Below are positions 26,300 to 39,479 of a stretch of DNA of 64,000 nucleotides, one piece after another. The notes beneath the pieces are model-generated. The model was not told the origin of the DNA, did not search any database, and saw nothing but the letters and a program-made list of their open reading frames with translations. This DNA comes from Octopus bimaculoides (taxonomy: Eukaryota): positions 33,776,458 to 33,840,457 of the forward strand of contig NC_068995.1 in the NCBI RefSeq assembly GCF_001194135.2. Reading direction: 5' to 3'. The stretch's first letter is position 1, and the number at the start of each line of letters is the position of its first letter. The position numbers and the translations under genes are program-made.

Positions 26300-27290
26300 A
26301 GGTGACTACTATTTCTGGAGAGTATGCTAGAACAAGGCGAGTAACTCATCTAGAAAAATTGTATACCTGTTCCCTTCACATAACCAAAGCCTTTAACTTG
26401 AGGCTCCAAGTTGTGTTGCAGAAATACATGCAAAGAACTGGAAAAAGTCACCCATTATTACCAATTGGAAGGATTTTCCTTATTAACACAACATGTATAA
26501 GAATATCATCAGAGAAGCAAAGGAAGTGTTTGGGTTTAGAAAAGTTAGCAAGATTTGCTACTACCCAAACTGTAGTAGAACCTTCTGATCCCTTGTTAAG
26601 GGCATGTAACTTTGTAGAATATTCTTATTCACAACTCCAACAAGGATATGGCTTCATCGTCAGTGCTCCTGATGAGAAGGCCTCCAAATTTGCTGCTCAT
26701 TTCACCATCTCCATACACATTAAAACTCCTCCCAAACCTTCATGATTCACATTTCATTTTCATCAATTTTGACAGTTTCAAATAAACAAAGTGTATCCCA
26801 TCTCAATCTTTGGAAATGTACTCCAGCATATCCTATTCTTTGAAAGGATCACCCAGTCTGGCCCTCAACAACATATACAATATATATTGAGGGCAGACTA
26901 TACAGATGCCATGTACAATAGTGCCATACAAACAATGTATTTCATCAATCAAAGATTGTTAGCCTTGCCTGGGTTACCACTCTTACTATTAACAAACAAT
27001 AAAATTACAACAAACACAATTTGCACTAGTATAAACTCTATGCAGACCACCCACCTAGATTACTAACAGAATGAAACAAAAATACTATGATAGGTTTCTA
27101 CGTTGTATTTCAAACAATACCTGTTCTAGCAAGTTCCCCACAGTACTTGTCACTACATCCAAAACCATGCCAAATAAGTGGACATAATTTACAACACTCC
27201 CGAACACTACTAACAACACCATCCTCGAAAAAGGCAAACATCAAACACATATACCTAAGGTCAATAGCTTCATTAGCTCCAAATACTGGG
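26300..27290 (+). mobile_element. Highly decayed CR1/L2-like LINE fragment
   Basis: GAGAAGGCCTCCAAATTTGCTGCTCATTT matches 30563 GAGAAAGCCTCCACCTTTGCTGCCCACTT of the RT-bearing LINE. Confidence 0.45.
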
Positions 27291-27298
27291 ATATAGAC

Positions 27299-27590
27299 CA
27301 GTGGTTCCCAAACATTTTCAAGCTGCCATCCCCTTGATATCCAGGCCACATTCCTAGTGCCCCCATCCCAACTAACCATCACAAACACAGACCTATTTCT
27401 GAAGCAAATTCGAAGCAACTGTATATCACAAATAAAACTTAACCTAATGAACCCATTATTTTATTGCTTTTACAGGAATAACAACCCCATTATTGTTCTA
27501 CTTTTTACATGAATCGCTCACTTTTCAACACCTCCTTGGAACTTTCCACTGTCCCCAGGGGGAGAATACTGCCCACTTAGGGAACCACTG
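27299..27590. mobile_element. hAT-type MITE with perfect 8-bp TSD
   Basis: ATATAGAC|CAGTGGTTCCC ... GGGAACCACTG|ATATAGAC. Confidence 0.9.
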
Positions 27591-28575
27591 ATATAGACCA
27601 ACGAAAATAAAAGCAGAGGAACAGCAACTGTTGAACTTAGATGAAGTTCACTTTGTCCAACTGCAGTGGCCATCACAAGAATTATCAAGTGTACAGAAAT
27701 AAAATGGAGAGAGAGAGAGAGAGTATAACATGCCCAGACTGAAACACTGTACTTATTAAATATATAATTCTAAGGAAATCTTAAATATTGTCGTATTACC
27801 AATTGCATAAGTGATAAAAAACAACAATTGCTTTTGTTTAACAAAGTCTTATCTATAACTTGTTATAACCAACTAAAAATAATAAGTTACTGATATTGTT
27901 TTGGGTAATACTGAATAAAAAGTTTCACAACATTAAGAGAGCAACAAGACAAAATCTAACAAACATTGTCTTGCAAAAAATATATAAAATATACATTATG
28001 CAAACTACACAAAAATAAATGAGGAATGTGATAAAAAAGTAACAAGAGAGAAACAGATAAAGGTTTGCTAATTTTAAATATCATCTAATTATATTGGAAA
28101 TGACTGTAGAGTAAAATAGTTTGCAGCAAGCTAAGTTCAGTACCCAGTTTTAAAAAGAGTAAGAAGAAATAAACAAAGACTGCTTTGTAGTAGGCAAAAT
28201 ATCGGAGGAGCAGTTTCATTTGGTTTATGACTGAGTAGGAGGATCTTTTAGAAGATTGTTATAACTTCTGTGATATTTAGGTGCAGGCATAGCTGTGTGG
28301 TAAGAAGTTTGCTTCCCAATCACATGGTTCCAGGTTCAGTCCCACTGCGTGGCACCTTGGGCGGGTGTCTACTATAGCCTTGGGCTGACTAAAGCCTTGT
28401 GAGTGGATTTGGTAGATGGAAACTGGAAGAAGCTTGTCATATATACGTATCTATCTGTGTGTCCTTATGTCTGTAGCATAGGTGTGAGAGGTCAGATCTA
28501 GCAGGTTTGAACAGTGATCATGTAGAATACTTGGGCTGGATACAGCTGGTTCAAATGCTATATGTTCCATTAGAT

Positions 28576-28863
28576 CAGTAGTTCTCAACTGGGGTCCATA
28601 TATGATTTTGTAGCTAAAATTTATGCGCAATAAACTGGTTATACTCCTACAGTACACAAAATATTTTAACAATTTTTTTTAAATACAATTCCAAATAATA
28701 TTTTATGAAAATATTGTAGAATTCTTTTAAACATTGAATGCTTAGGAGGGTCCATTCAAGTAAAATAGGAATCAAAAGAGGGGGGGGGGTACAAACAGTT
28801 TATTGTACATAAATTTTAGCTACAAAATCAAAGGGCCATATGGACCCCAGTTGAGAACCACTG
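28576..28863. mobile_element. Rearranged hAT-type MITE with two copies of the same end
   Basis: Both ends read CAGTRGTTCTCAACTGGGGTCCATA...; the flanks are inverted rather than direct repeats. Confidence 0.8.
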
Positions 28864-29454
28864 ATCTAATGGAACATATAGCATTTGAACCAGCTGTATC
28901 CAGGCCAAAAATGGTTGAGGAACACTGCAATAGATAAAGGAGGACATGTCCATTTTCCTGACTAAAGTTTTAGCAAGTAGGAAAAAAAAAAACAAGACCC
29001 AGCTACTATCAGGGAGATGGTCTTGCTTAGTATGGAGGAAAAGAGTAGGTAGAAATTCCAGAGTAAATAGTGACTGCCTAAGTGGTATATTTGGGATCAT
29101 AGGCAATCTAACAAAGAAGGTAGACATGATATGCAGCAAGTACTAAAAGTACATAGAAAATAGGTTCTTACAAATGCTCTGGTGGTTTCAGAGAAGCAGT
29201 AGATAATTTCTGTTACCTAGATGACTAAATTAGCAATAGGAGAGGTGCTCTGAAAGAATAATAGCCAGGGTAAGAATGGGCTTGAAAAAGTTGAGGGATC
29301 TCTATCCCCTGCTGGGAACAACTTGGTTGATAAGGGGTTGTGAACATGTTAATGAGACTTCACTATAATATTACTGCAGTAATCCAAATGGAACCAAAAT
29401 GTTATAGGTAAAGCTATAAACTCCCCAATATTTGGAAATGATACCTATTTTATA

Positions 29455-29830
29455 TCATTGTTTAACATCTGTTTTCCATGCTGGTATGGTTCGGATGGTT
29501 TGACAGGCACTGGCCAGCTGAAGAGTTGCCCTGGCTCCATGTCTGCTTTGGTATGGGGTTTCTATAGCCGGATGCCCTTCCTAATGCCAACCACTCTACA
29601 ATGTGTACTGGGTGCTTTTATGCAGCATTGGAATGGGCGCTTTTACGTGGCACCAAAACAAGCGCTTTTTACATGGCACCAGCACTCACAAGCCTGCAAG
29701 ATTAAGATTGCTCAGCTGAAGAGGGATGTAGGGGACATGCCTATATGCAAGGACAACCATGACTTTACTGAGCTTGATGTGTCTTCTCAAGTATAGCAAA
29801 CCACCAGAAGTCTAGATCCTTTGTCATCTC
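29455..29830 (-). mobile_element. RTE 3'-UTR/tail copy
   Basis: Reverse complement of the GGCATCCAGCTGTAGAAAC tail family with upstream repeats. Confidence 0.7.
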
Positions 29831-31210
29831 TTCTGTGAGGCCCAATGGCTGAACATCCTTTCTCATCACTTCATCCCATGCTTTCCTGGGTCTACCCCTT
29901 CCATATAAAATTTATGCCAATCACATCGAAAAATTTATGATTGAAATGGCTTTCTTTGTGTGTATGGAAGAAACTGACTTTTTTTTCACATTCAAACCTA
30001 AGCTGTACCAAATTGTAACAGTTTCTGTTACTATCAGGTTATATGATCACTGCTTTATTGCAACTACCTAACACACATCCTCTTATACCCCTATCCTCTG
30101 GTACTGCAAGTCAGCCAAATGGTTGCAGCCCCAACCATTTTTATGCCAATTACCCCTAACAACATAGATACTTCACTTCTGATCCCAACCCACAGATATA
30201 GCAAGGCAGGTGACTGAAATTATCCTCCTAGGCAGGATTCTCTACATCCTGCACATATAAAAAATTTTTTCGCAGCGAGTAGTTCACTGTTGGTTGTGCT
30301 GAAGTTGTCTGAGCAAAATGCAAGGCCTACAGTACCTGGTGAAACTCACCCACAAAACTGAGTAGTGTTTATTCAATAACACACTGTATAAAGTTATTAT
30401 CCAAACTGTAAAAGACAGTTGCACATCATATAGCTCTGAGCTATCCTGCCTTCCAAACAGAAACAGATCCTTTTGGTTCTTTGCCAGAAGAATTTCCACC
30501 AGCTTTGCAAAATTCTCTTTCCTATTTACAACAATGATGATTCTCAAAGAAATACTGCAACAGAGAAAGCCTCCACCTTTGCTGCCCACTTTGCAGACAA
30601 CTACTCACATTTGGTAAATCTCCTCCAGTTCTATCCCTTTCAACCCTTACAGGTCCACCACTTTGCATATGTCAAGTGTGATAGTACCTTTAGTCACTTC
30701 TAGTCAATAGAATTACCAGTCCTGATGGTGTCCCTCGAATATTGTATCCAAAAGCAAACCCCTGTATTCACTAAATTCTTCCTTTTCTTAATTTTCTTCA
30801 GAGATCTATTGTAATCTTTGTAAACATGCTAGAATGCAGCCCCATGGAAGACAACCTCTCTTATCCTGTCAACTATTACTTTGTCATTCCTAACATATCT
30901 AACTTCTCACTTCTAACATCTCTAACATAATGAAGACAACCATTAATAACAACATCCCCCAACACTTTGAATCCTTCTCCCCTTAATGAACATCAGTACA
31001 GGTTCTGTAAAGCTAAATCCACTGATGACCTACTTTCCTCTCTCACTTGTAGGTGACAGAAGAGAGTAGGTTACTAGTGGGTCTTATCTTGAGAGAATTT
31101 GGTGAAAGCAAGGTTGTCTTTGACTAGCAAAACTTTCGACCATGGCTGGCATGGTATAATCTCCTATCGAAACTTCAAATTAATAGGCTCTATCCACCTA
31201 TACTTTACTG

Positions 31211-33998
31211 CTTGGGTCACCAAACTACACCCTGTGACGCCAATTTGTCCGGCCCACCATCGTATGCTGAAAAAAATAAGCACACTTTTATACTCCTTCT
31301 TACACTTCTTAGATTACGCATGTTGTATGTATACTGAGGTAGTCACGTCACGTGCTTTGTATTTCACATGCCATAATAATTACTACAGTACATCAGGTGT
31401 GCCTCGGGCTAGTCAGTTATTAGTGATTACAATTAAAACAAGAATATCTGACACAGAGGCCTAAGACAGCTTTTACTTTTTCTTCACCCATCGTTATGGC
31501 TACTAAGAAGAGAAAGGCTGATGATGAATGTCGCATTTTCAATAAAGAATGGGGAGAAAAATACTTTTTTGTGGAAACAAATGACCAGAAAGCTAGTTGC
31601 TTGATATGCAATGAAAGTGTTGCTGTTATGAAAGAGTACAATATTCGTCATCACTATGAAGCAAAATATCTCTTAACACATTCTAAATATTCTGGACAGT
31701 TGCAGTCCAAGAAATTTGAATCTATGAAACGTAGTTTGGAATCTCAAAGGAATTTCTTTATGAAAAAGTTTGTTGAAAATGAATCTATCGCTCGTGTAAG
31801 TTACAAAATAGTGAATAAGTTGGCAGAGCGAGGAAAACTATTTACTGACAGAAACTTTATAAAAGAGTGCATGATGGAAGCAGCAAATGACTTGTGTCAT
31901 GAAAAAGTAAACATGTTTGGCTGTATCAGCCTTTCAGCAAGTTCGGTTGTGCAGAGAATAGAAGAACTCGGAGAATATACAGTTACAGATACATGAGAAA
32001 GCCAAGAAATTTTTGTGGCATTCTCTTGCAATGGTTGAGTCTACTGATCTCTCTAGTACATCACAACTTCTTGCGTTCATTTGTGGTGTTAATTGCAACT
32101 TTGAGATTATAAAAGAAATGGCATCCGTTTGTAGTATACATGGAACAAAAACTGGAGAAGATATTTTCATAGAGATACAGAAAACTTTGTAAAACTATAA
32201 CCTTCAGTGACTTGTGTAAGTGAATGAAGTGAGTGAAGTCAATACATCGAACAAGGCTCACTGATGAATATATGAAAGCAATTCTTACGATTGGCTGCAG
32301 CAATCATAAAGCAAACGTTGATGATATTTTGAAAGCAAAACGCCAGTTTCACAAATCTCATTAACTTTTGTGCTGCTTACTTTGGTATGTTACAGTCGAT
32401 GGAAAAAAAAATCATGGCAAGAGTGAGGAAAGGTTTGGTAGGGTAGATCCAGACCAAATTGGAGGAGCTTCAACTTCCAAAAGCTCTGTTTATACACTGC
32501 ATTATACATCAGCAAGCACTCTGTGGAAAACACTAAGATATTTCTTGCATACTAAAATCAGTCACAACTGTGGTGAACTTTATTCGGAATCATGGGCTTA
32601 ATCACCGACAGTTCCAGGCTTTCTTTAAAGAAATGAATTCTAATTTCTGTGACTTGCCTTACTACACAGAAGTGAGATAGCTCAGGTGTGGTAAAGTCCT
32701 GTTTCATTTTTATAAGCTCCAAAGAGGAATAGATCTTTTTCTCACTGAAAAAAAAATAGAGCTGATCCACAGCTGTCAGATCCTTCATGGTTATCAAAGT
32801 TGTCATTTTTAGTTGACATCACTTCTCATATGAATGAATTGAATTTAAAACTGCAAGGAAAGAATAACCTCGTCTGTGATCTCTACAGAATTATTACAGC
32901 ATTTTGGAGAAAGCTATCATTGTTTGAAGCACAACTTGAAGGAGGAAACTTCTCTCATTTTCAGTTAATATGTGGAACATGTTAACCTCGAGTTTCAAAA
33001 AAAAAAACTATTCGGGACTTAAGTAAGCATTTTCCTCAAAGATTTTTAGATCTTGACAGAATTGAGAATGAAATTCTTTTGTTTGAGAATCTCTTTGGCT
33101 GTAATCTTGATAACATGCCAACTGAACTACAACTGGAGCTTATTGACTTGCAAGCTAATACTTTGTTGAAAGAGAAGCACAGAGTATTGAATTTTATCGC
33201 TGCTTGCCTGCTGATGAGTTTTCAAAATTGAAAGAATTTGCCTCAGGTATGACATCAGTTTTTGGAACGACTTATGTTTGTGAGCAAACTTTTTCAAAAA
33301 TGAAGTGAGTGAAGTCAATACATCGAACAAGGCTCACTGATGAATATATGAAAGCAATTCTTATGGTTGGCTGCAGCAATCATAAAGCAAACATTGATGA
33401 TATTTTGAAAGCAAAACGCCAGTTTCACAAATCTCATTAACTTTTGTGCTGCTTACTTTTCATGCAATTCAGCTATGTGCACACTTTTTCTAAAAATTCT
33501 AACTTGGTAATATTTTGGTATCATTAAAATATGTTTATTGTTTTTATTATTTTGCTTATTTTATGTATTGATCGTTGCCAGTGCTACTGGACTGGCTCTT
33601 GTGCGGGTGGCACGTAAAATACACCATTTTGAGCATGGCCGTTGCCAGTACCACCTGACTGGCCTTCGTGCCGGTGGCACGTAAAAGCATCTACTACACT
33701 CTCGGAGTGGTTGGCGTTAGGAAGGGCATCCAGCTATAGAAACTCTGCCAAATCAGATTAGAGCCTGGTGTAGCCATCTGGTTTCACCAGTCCTCAGTCA
33801 AATCGTCCAACCCATGCTAACATGGAAAGCGGACGTTAAACGAACGATGATGATAAAGAAATAGGATGACTGTCTTTATTTTGTGTACATTCAGTGTATT
33901 CTATATTGTACTGAATTGAACAAAATATTTATCTGGCCCATGCTTGGCACTCTTTTAGCTTTATCTGGCCCACTATGAAATTAGTTTGGTGATCCCTG
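31211..33998 (+). mobile_element. Full-length, inactivated Charlie/SPIN-type hAT transposon; transposase pseudogene about 31496-33440
   Basis: TIRs CTTGGGTCACCAAACTA / TAGTTTGGTGATCCCTG (14/17); TSD CTTTACTG / CTTTATTG. N-terminus MATKKRKADDECRIFNKEWGEKYFFVE...CLIC...KEYNIRHHY (BED-like finger), HxF-type HGLNHRQF and FGTTYVCEQTFSKM; multiple stops and frameshifts. Confidence 0.92.
33574..33853 (+). mobile_element. RTE 3'-UTR/tail copy nested in the hAT 3' region
   Basis: Tail near-identical to the 7585 and 37700 copies; ends in (GAT)n. Confidence 0.8.
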
Positions 33999-36248
33999 CT
34001 TTATTGGCTCAGTAGCTTCCTATCTGTTTGCACAATTGCTGAGTGTGTTGAAGATCATTCTGTCTATCTATCAACTCTGGTGTATTCCAGGATTTAGTTT
34101 TGTCTCCTTACTTTCTTCCTTCTACACACCAATGACAAATTTGCTGCTACATCCAACAACACCCACTCTCGCACAGGTGGTACTACTCTTCATTTCTCCT
34201 AATATTCTCCAACTGTGCATTATCCAGTTGCACTCTAGACATCACATGCCATACACACAGACTCATGAACAGAAATCTTAAAAGAATCCTCCAATTGGAA
34301 TATAGCTATCTTGTCTCTTTAAATAGCAAGACATCATCACACTCCCTCTCTTAACCATGAGCAGCACTCAGAGACCACAAAATTACTGATTGTTGGATCT
34401 CATTATCCTGAGAGGGGGGGGGGCTTCTTTTCAGGATCAGAAAATACTTTAGCCCTAAACAATTAATGCTACTCTACAAAGCTTAGAGGAGGTTCACAAT
34501 GTAGTATGGTTCTTATAGCTGAGATGGTGTTGTTGCTGCAAACACAGAGACAGATCCCACCCCACTCAAAAAACAGAGTTTCTCCCTTAGAGGGAAGAGG
34601 AAATTGTATGATGTTTGTTTGTGAAGCGCAATGCTGCATGGTTGAGAGATGTGGGCCTTGAATGCAGAGAACTTGTGAAGATTAGAAAGAAATGAAGTGA
34701 GCATGAATGATGGAATACGAAATAGATGAGAGAAACTGAATTCTAAGAGGAATCAGATGTTACAATGACCTAAAGATATTGGTGAACATCTCATTCAAGT
34801 AACTGATGCCACCATGTTTTTAACACATTCTTATAAACTGAGCAAGATGAGGAACTTTCTGAATCTTTCTTTTAGTTATAAAAGGATAAAAACATGGGAG
34901 CTCAAATTTAAAAAGGAAAAATAGAAAAAGACAATAATGAAAGCCAATCAAGAGTTGAGTATTTATCATATTTAGACAAGTGGCAATGAACTAATCAGTG
35001 TTAAAGCAAATTTACTGATCAATGTTGAAAGGGGATAATTTTGTGAGTTCTATTTCTACTTGTCTAGCTTGAGTGTTTAGTTGAAAATTAACAAATGAGT
35101 AAAATGCATCTAATAATTTATGAAAACTGATTGCTGTCAAACTTTTAATAGAAAGACGTGTTAAAAATTGCTTTCTTTTTTTTTTAAATATTTTTTTAAA
35201 AATTCTTTTGCTGGTTAAAAGTCTCAAAATAATGGAAAAAACTGTTCACTTTTAAGCATATTAACCACTGTGATATGAATAATGTTATATAGTAGCTTCT
35301 CTTCAATGCTAGATGAAAATCATTATGTTTTTGGAGAATTGCCCAGTAACATAGGTTTTTGCCAATAGAATTGCTGTGAAAATCAACAACAAAACATCCG
35401 GAGAGTTCTGTTTATATTGATTTCCAGTGGTTGTACTATTAAGACATATCAACATTTTAGAAAAGCTTTCACTCCCTATGAACTATAGAATAATTGCACC
35501 TATGTAAAAAGCATATCATCAGACTCTTTCACACTCAATGAAACTTAACATCCTACCTTATATCTGTCTTGATAAACAAAATCTACAGCTGAAGAATATT
35601 AAGTAATGCACTGCGGCTTATAGAAACATCATATATTAAGACTACCCTGACCACTCCATTGAACATATTATACACTTTTATATACCATATTCCAAACTTG
35701 AGTAATAATTTACTAAGGCATATAGAAAACAAATCTACAACTACTTTTGCAGTTGAATAACTAATGGCTTTTCAAACGCTCTCCTCCCATTAATGATCAA
35801 TAAGTTATCTCATTAGTTATGTACTCGTCACTAAAATTGTAGTAACAACGTTGTGAAATTAGGTGATAGGTTCTGTTAATTGATTTTATCATAGCTGGTG
35901 AAAAGGTCAATAGCAAAATAATAGCTACAGTTTATAACTAGACCGTTTAGAGTAGATTTGTCTTTATCTACAACTGTATTGAAAGAGGGCTACATAATGC
36001 TGCAAGTATGGTGGTTTAAATATGGAGTTTGAAGAAAAGTTTATAAAAAGTGGAAGAAAAGATTAGAAAGAAATATGTAAGAAGTGAAATAAATTTGAAG
36101 AACTGACGTTCAAATAAGAAGGGTAGGTAGCAGAGATACAATTTTATTCTGTATCCACAGAGAAATGCCGTCAACAGAGAAAAGAAGGGATATGAAATGG
36201 AGATGAAGTATTGTAAATTGCTAACAGTCAACTAAAATAGACATAGGT

Positions 36249-36358
36249 CAGTGGTTTCCAACAGTGGTTACGAACCCTTTTATATAAATGAGTTTTCCCA
36301 CAGTCCCCTTTTAATATACTTATTCTTGTGTGTGTGTGTATATGTGTATGTGTGTATA

Positions 36359-36391
<33 letters not shown>

Positions 36392-36454
36392 GTATATATG
36401 TGAAATTTTGAATTTAATTCACGGACCCCCCCCCCCCCAGGTTGGGAACCACTG
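36249..36454. mobile_element. hAT-type MITE with perfect 8-bp TSD and internal (TG/TA) microsatellite
   Basis: ACATAGGT|CAGTGGTTTCCAAC ... GTTGGGAACCACTG|ACATAGGT. Confidence 0.88.
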
Positions 36455-36512
36455 ACATAGGTTATGGAATAATTAATACTGATCTAAGGGAGATATTATT
36501 AAAGATGTATCA

Positions 36513-37440
36513 TCATCACCATTTAGCATCCATTGCCCATGCTGGTACGGTTTGGATGGCTTGACCAGAGCTGGTAAGCTGAGGGGCTGCACCAGACTCC
36601 AGTCTGATTTGGCAGGGTTTCTACAGCTGGATGCCCTTCCTAATGCCAACTACTCCAAGAGTGTAATGGGTGCTTTTGCATGCCAGTTGTGTGAAACCAG
36701 TATCTGTCATGATTACGAATTCACTTGGTTTGATGGGTCTTCTTCTCAAGCACAGCATATTGCCAAAGGTCTTGGCCATTGCTTCTGTAAGGTTCAGCGC
36801 TTGAAAGGTACCTTTTATGTACCACCAGCATGGGTGCTAGTTACGCGACACTGGCATTGGCCACATTACCTCCATGAGGCCCAACGCTTGAAAGGTGCTT
36901 TTTATGTGCCACTAGCACGAGTGCCAGTTACATGACACTGACAATGGCCACAACTATGATTTCACTTGGCTTAACAGGTCTTCTCAAGCATGGCATATTG
37001 CCAAAGGTCTCGGTCATTAGTCATTGCCCCCATGAGGCCCAATGTTTGAAAGATCATGCTTTACCACCATGTCCCATGTCTTCCTGGGTCACCCTCTTCA
37101 ACAGCTTCCTTTCACTAGTAGAGATCGGCATTTCTTCACACAGCTGTCCACATCCATACGCATCAAATGACCATACTAACGCAATTGGCTCTTTTGTACA
37201 CCACATCTGATGTCTTTTATGTCCAACTTTTCTCTCAAGACATTTACACACTGTCATACATGCACACTGACATTGCATATCCAGCGAAGCATACTGGCTT
37301 CATTTCTTTCAAGCCTACACATGTCCTTGGCAGTCACAGCCCATGTTTTGCTGCCATGTAACATGGCTGTCCACACACAGGCATCATACAATCTGCCTTT
37401 CACTCTGAGGGAGAGAGAGGCCCTTTGTTACCAACAGAAG
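36513..37440 (-). mobile_element. RTE LINE 3' part (C-terminal remnant plus UTR and tail)
   Basis: Tail reverse complement from 36513, internally repeated UTR blocks, decayed coding-like region to about 37440. Confidence 0.6.
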
Positions 37441-37699
37441 TAGGAGCTCTCTGAACATTGCCCTTATTCTTATTCTAGCAGCTATGCTTTTGGAGTATTC
37501 ACTCAAACAGTTTTACAAATTAAAAAAATAGATATAAAATATAGAATGCTGAAATGCATTGTCAGTATCAACAGTCAATATTGCAGCCTGGAAGGTTTCA
37601 CTTTATCATGCAATAATTTTGTTGTGTAGGCTTTAATCAACCCTGTTCAAATAGTTCTATGATCCAAAGGCAGGTGGTCAAACAAATATACATATATAC

Positions 37700-37864
37700 A
37701 CTCTCTGAGTGGTTGGCGTTAGGAAGGGCATCCAGCTGTAGAAACTCTGCCAAATTAGACTGGAGCCTGGTGTTGCCATCCGGTTTCACCAGTCCTCAGT
37801 CAAATCGTCCAACCCATGCTAGCATGGAAAGCGGACGTTAAACGATGATGATGATGATGATGAT
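37700..37864 (+). mobile_element. RTE 3'-tail copy (young)
   Basis: GAGTGGTTGGCGTTAGGAAGGGCATCCAGCTGTAGAAACTCTGCC...GGACGTTAAACGATGATGATG. Confidence 0.85.
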
Positions 37865-39342
37865 ATCTAGTTACCACTCAGACTGACACACTGTATTTTT
37901 CACAAGCCACTGTATGCATAGGAAGTATAAATTATGAGTGGTAACTAGTTATGTATGTATAAGTGTTTACTCCTGTGTCTATATATATTAATATATATAT
38001 AAAGTATGTCTGTAGATTTTAGTGTTGGACACAATGAAGGCAAAGAAGGTGAACAGACAAAATGCAACAGTTTAAAAAAAACTGATTTCTTAATTTCAAG
38101 TGCCTGTTTCAGGTGGCATGCCTCCTATTATAGTTTTGAGTGGGGAGTGTGCAAGTGAAGACAGATATTTTGATGTGCTTATCAGAATTGATTTTTAAAT
38201 GATTTGAGACATTATAAGCATCAGTTTTTGAAACAGAAAAAAATAACAGACCTACTGATGGGAGTCAAAGCAGGTATCTATTATTGCTTGTTGAGTGACT
38301 GCATTATTGATTAACAGAGTGCCTGCTACTCCCCATTTTTTAATTTTATCTTTGCATCATACATGATTTTGTGAAGACAAAATAGTACAGCTAAAAATAG
38401 ATTTCAATATCTGATTTATGAAGAGGGACTGGCAGGCCTTGTGTTAGATATGTGATGAGAACCTCATCAGTAAACCTATTTCTTCTTTGTGTCAAACTGG
38501 TGTTTATAAAACCTAATATCAAATTAACCTTTCAACTGGTAGCATGTGAGTCAGGTTAGTTAGACAATTATCTACTTTATGCATGACTTAGCACTTTTTG
38601 GGGGTTTAGCATTGATTGTAACAAAAGGCAAAATGAATTAATTTTACATCTTAAAATTTTTAAGATTGGCAAACTAGCTATGAATTTTGCTTTAGTGTAG
38701 AAATTACTGTGAACCTGTGTGTGTATCTGTATACATACACACAAACATTTACAAATCTGTCACAGTAAAAGACTTCCTGTATATATGTATGTGTGTGTGC
38801 GCATGTATACACACGCAATGTTTATAAATTTGCCATAATAACAGACTTCCTCTGTGCATGCTTAGAAGATTGACCTGGCTGTGAAACTAATGGTAATTGC
38901 TCTTCTGTTCTGTCCAGAACTGCAAAACATGTATATTACAAAACACACACACACACCTTTGTGTATATACATATATACACATAAAAAATATTGGACAAAG
39001 ACATTATCACTAAGTGGAAATTCATTAAACAACAGCCACTGCTTTATGATATATTATCTTAAGGTCTATAGAACTGTGACAAGAGATACTAATTACCTTT
39101 AAACACAAACTATGAGCAATAAGTGAACAATTTTGTTATAAAAAATTACTAGAATATGAAACCACCAATAGCAAATTAATACTAAACCTACAAGCAGTAT
39201 ATTGCAGTATGAAGGCCATACTATCAGGAGGGTAAAAAGTTCCTGCCTAGGATGATCTCGAGTAATTTTGGGAAGGGATATTGAAAGAATGTTGAGCTTG
39301 ATGTGCTAGACTGGACAGTAGTGACACATACAACACTAGCAG

Positions 39343-39380
<38 letters not shown>

Positions 39381-39479
39381 TGTACATGGTCAAAAAATTT
39401 CAAACCCATAGCATGCTTGAATGTGATATATAAATTATATACAGGCTACTTGAATGCATTCCTCTAGAATTGCTATCAA

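Larger units (their letters stand above)
30420..34490 (+). mobile_element. Decayed CR1/L2/Jockey-type LINE reverse transcriptase, split by the hAT insertion (pieces about 30420-31210 and 34007-34490)
   Basis: Frameshifted RT remnants left of the insertion resemble GPDG, HQY.F.K..ST.DLL and SKTFD..WH. Right of it are WLSSFLS, INSGV.Q, YTND and a degenerate ADD motif. Confidence 0.7.

Noticed and set aside
38258-38336. Imperfect hairpin ATGGGAGT..AGCAGG / CCTGCT.CTCCCCAT
   Set aside because: Loop of about 36 nt and a gapped stem; not miRNA-like.
39224-39409. Poly-T AG acceptor followed by an open frame (AASVVCVTT...)
   Set aside because: No donor, and it overlaps a mariner-like terminal sequence on the plus strand.
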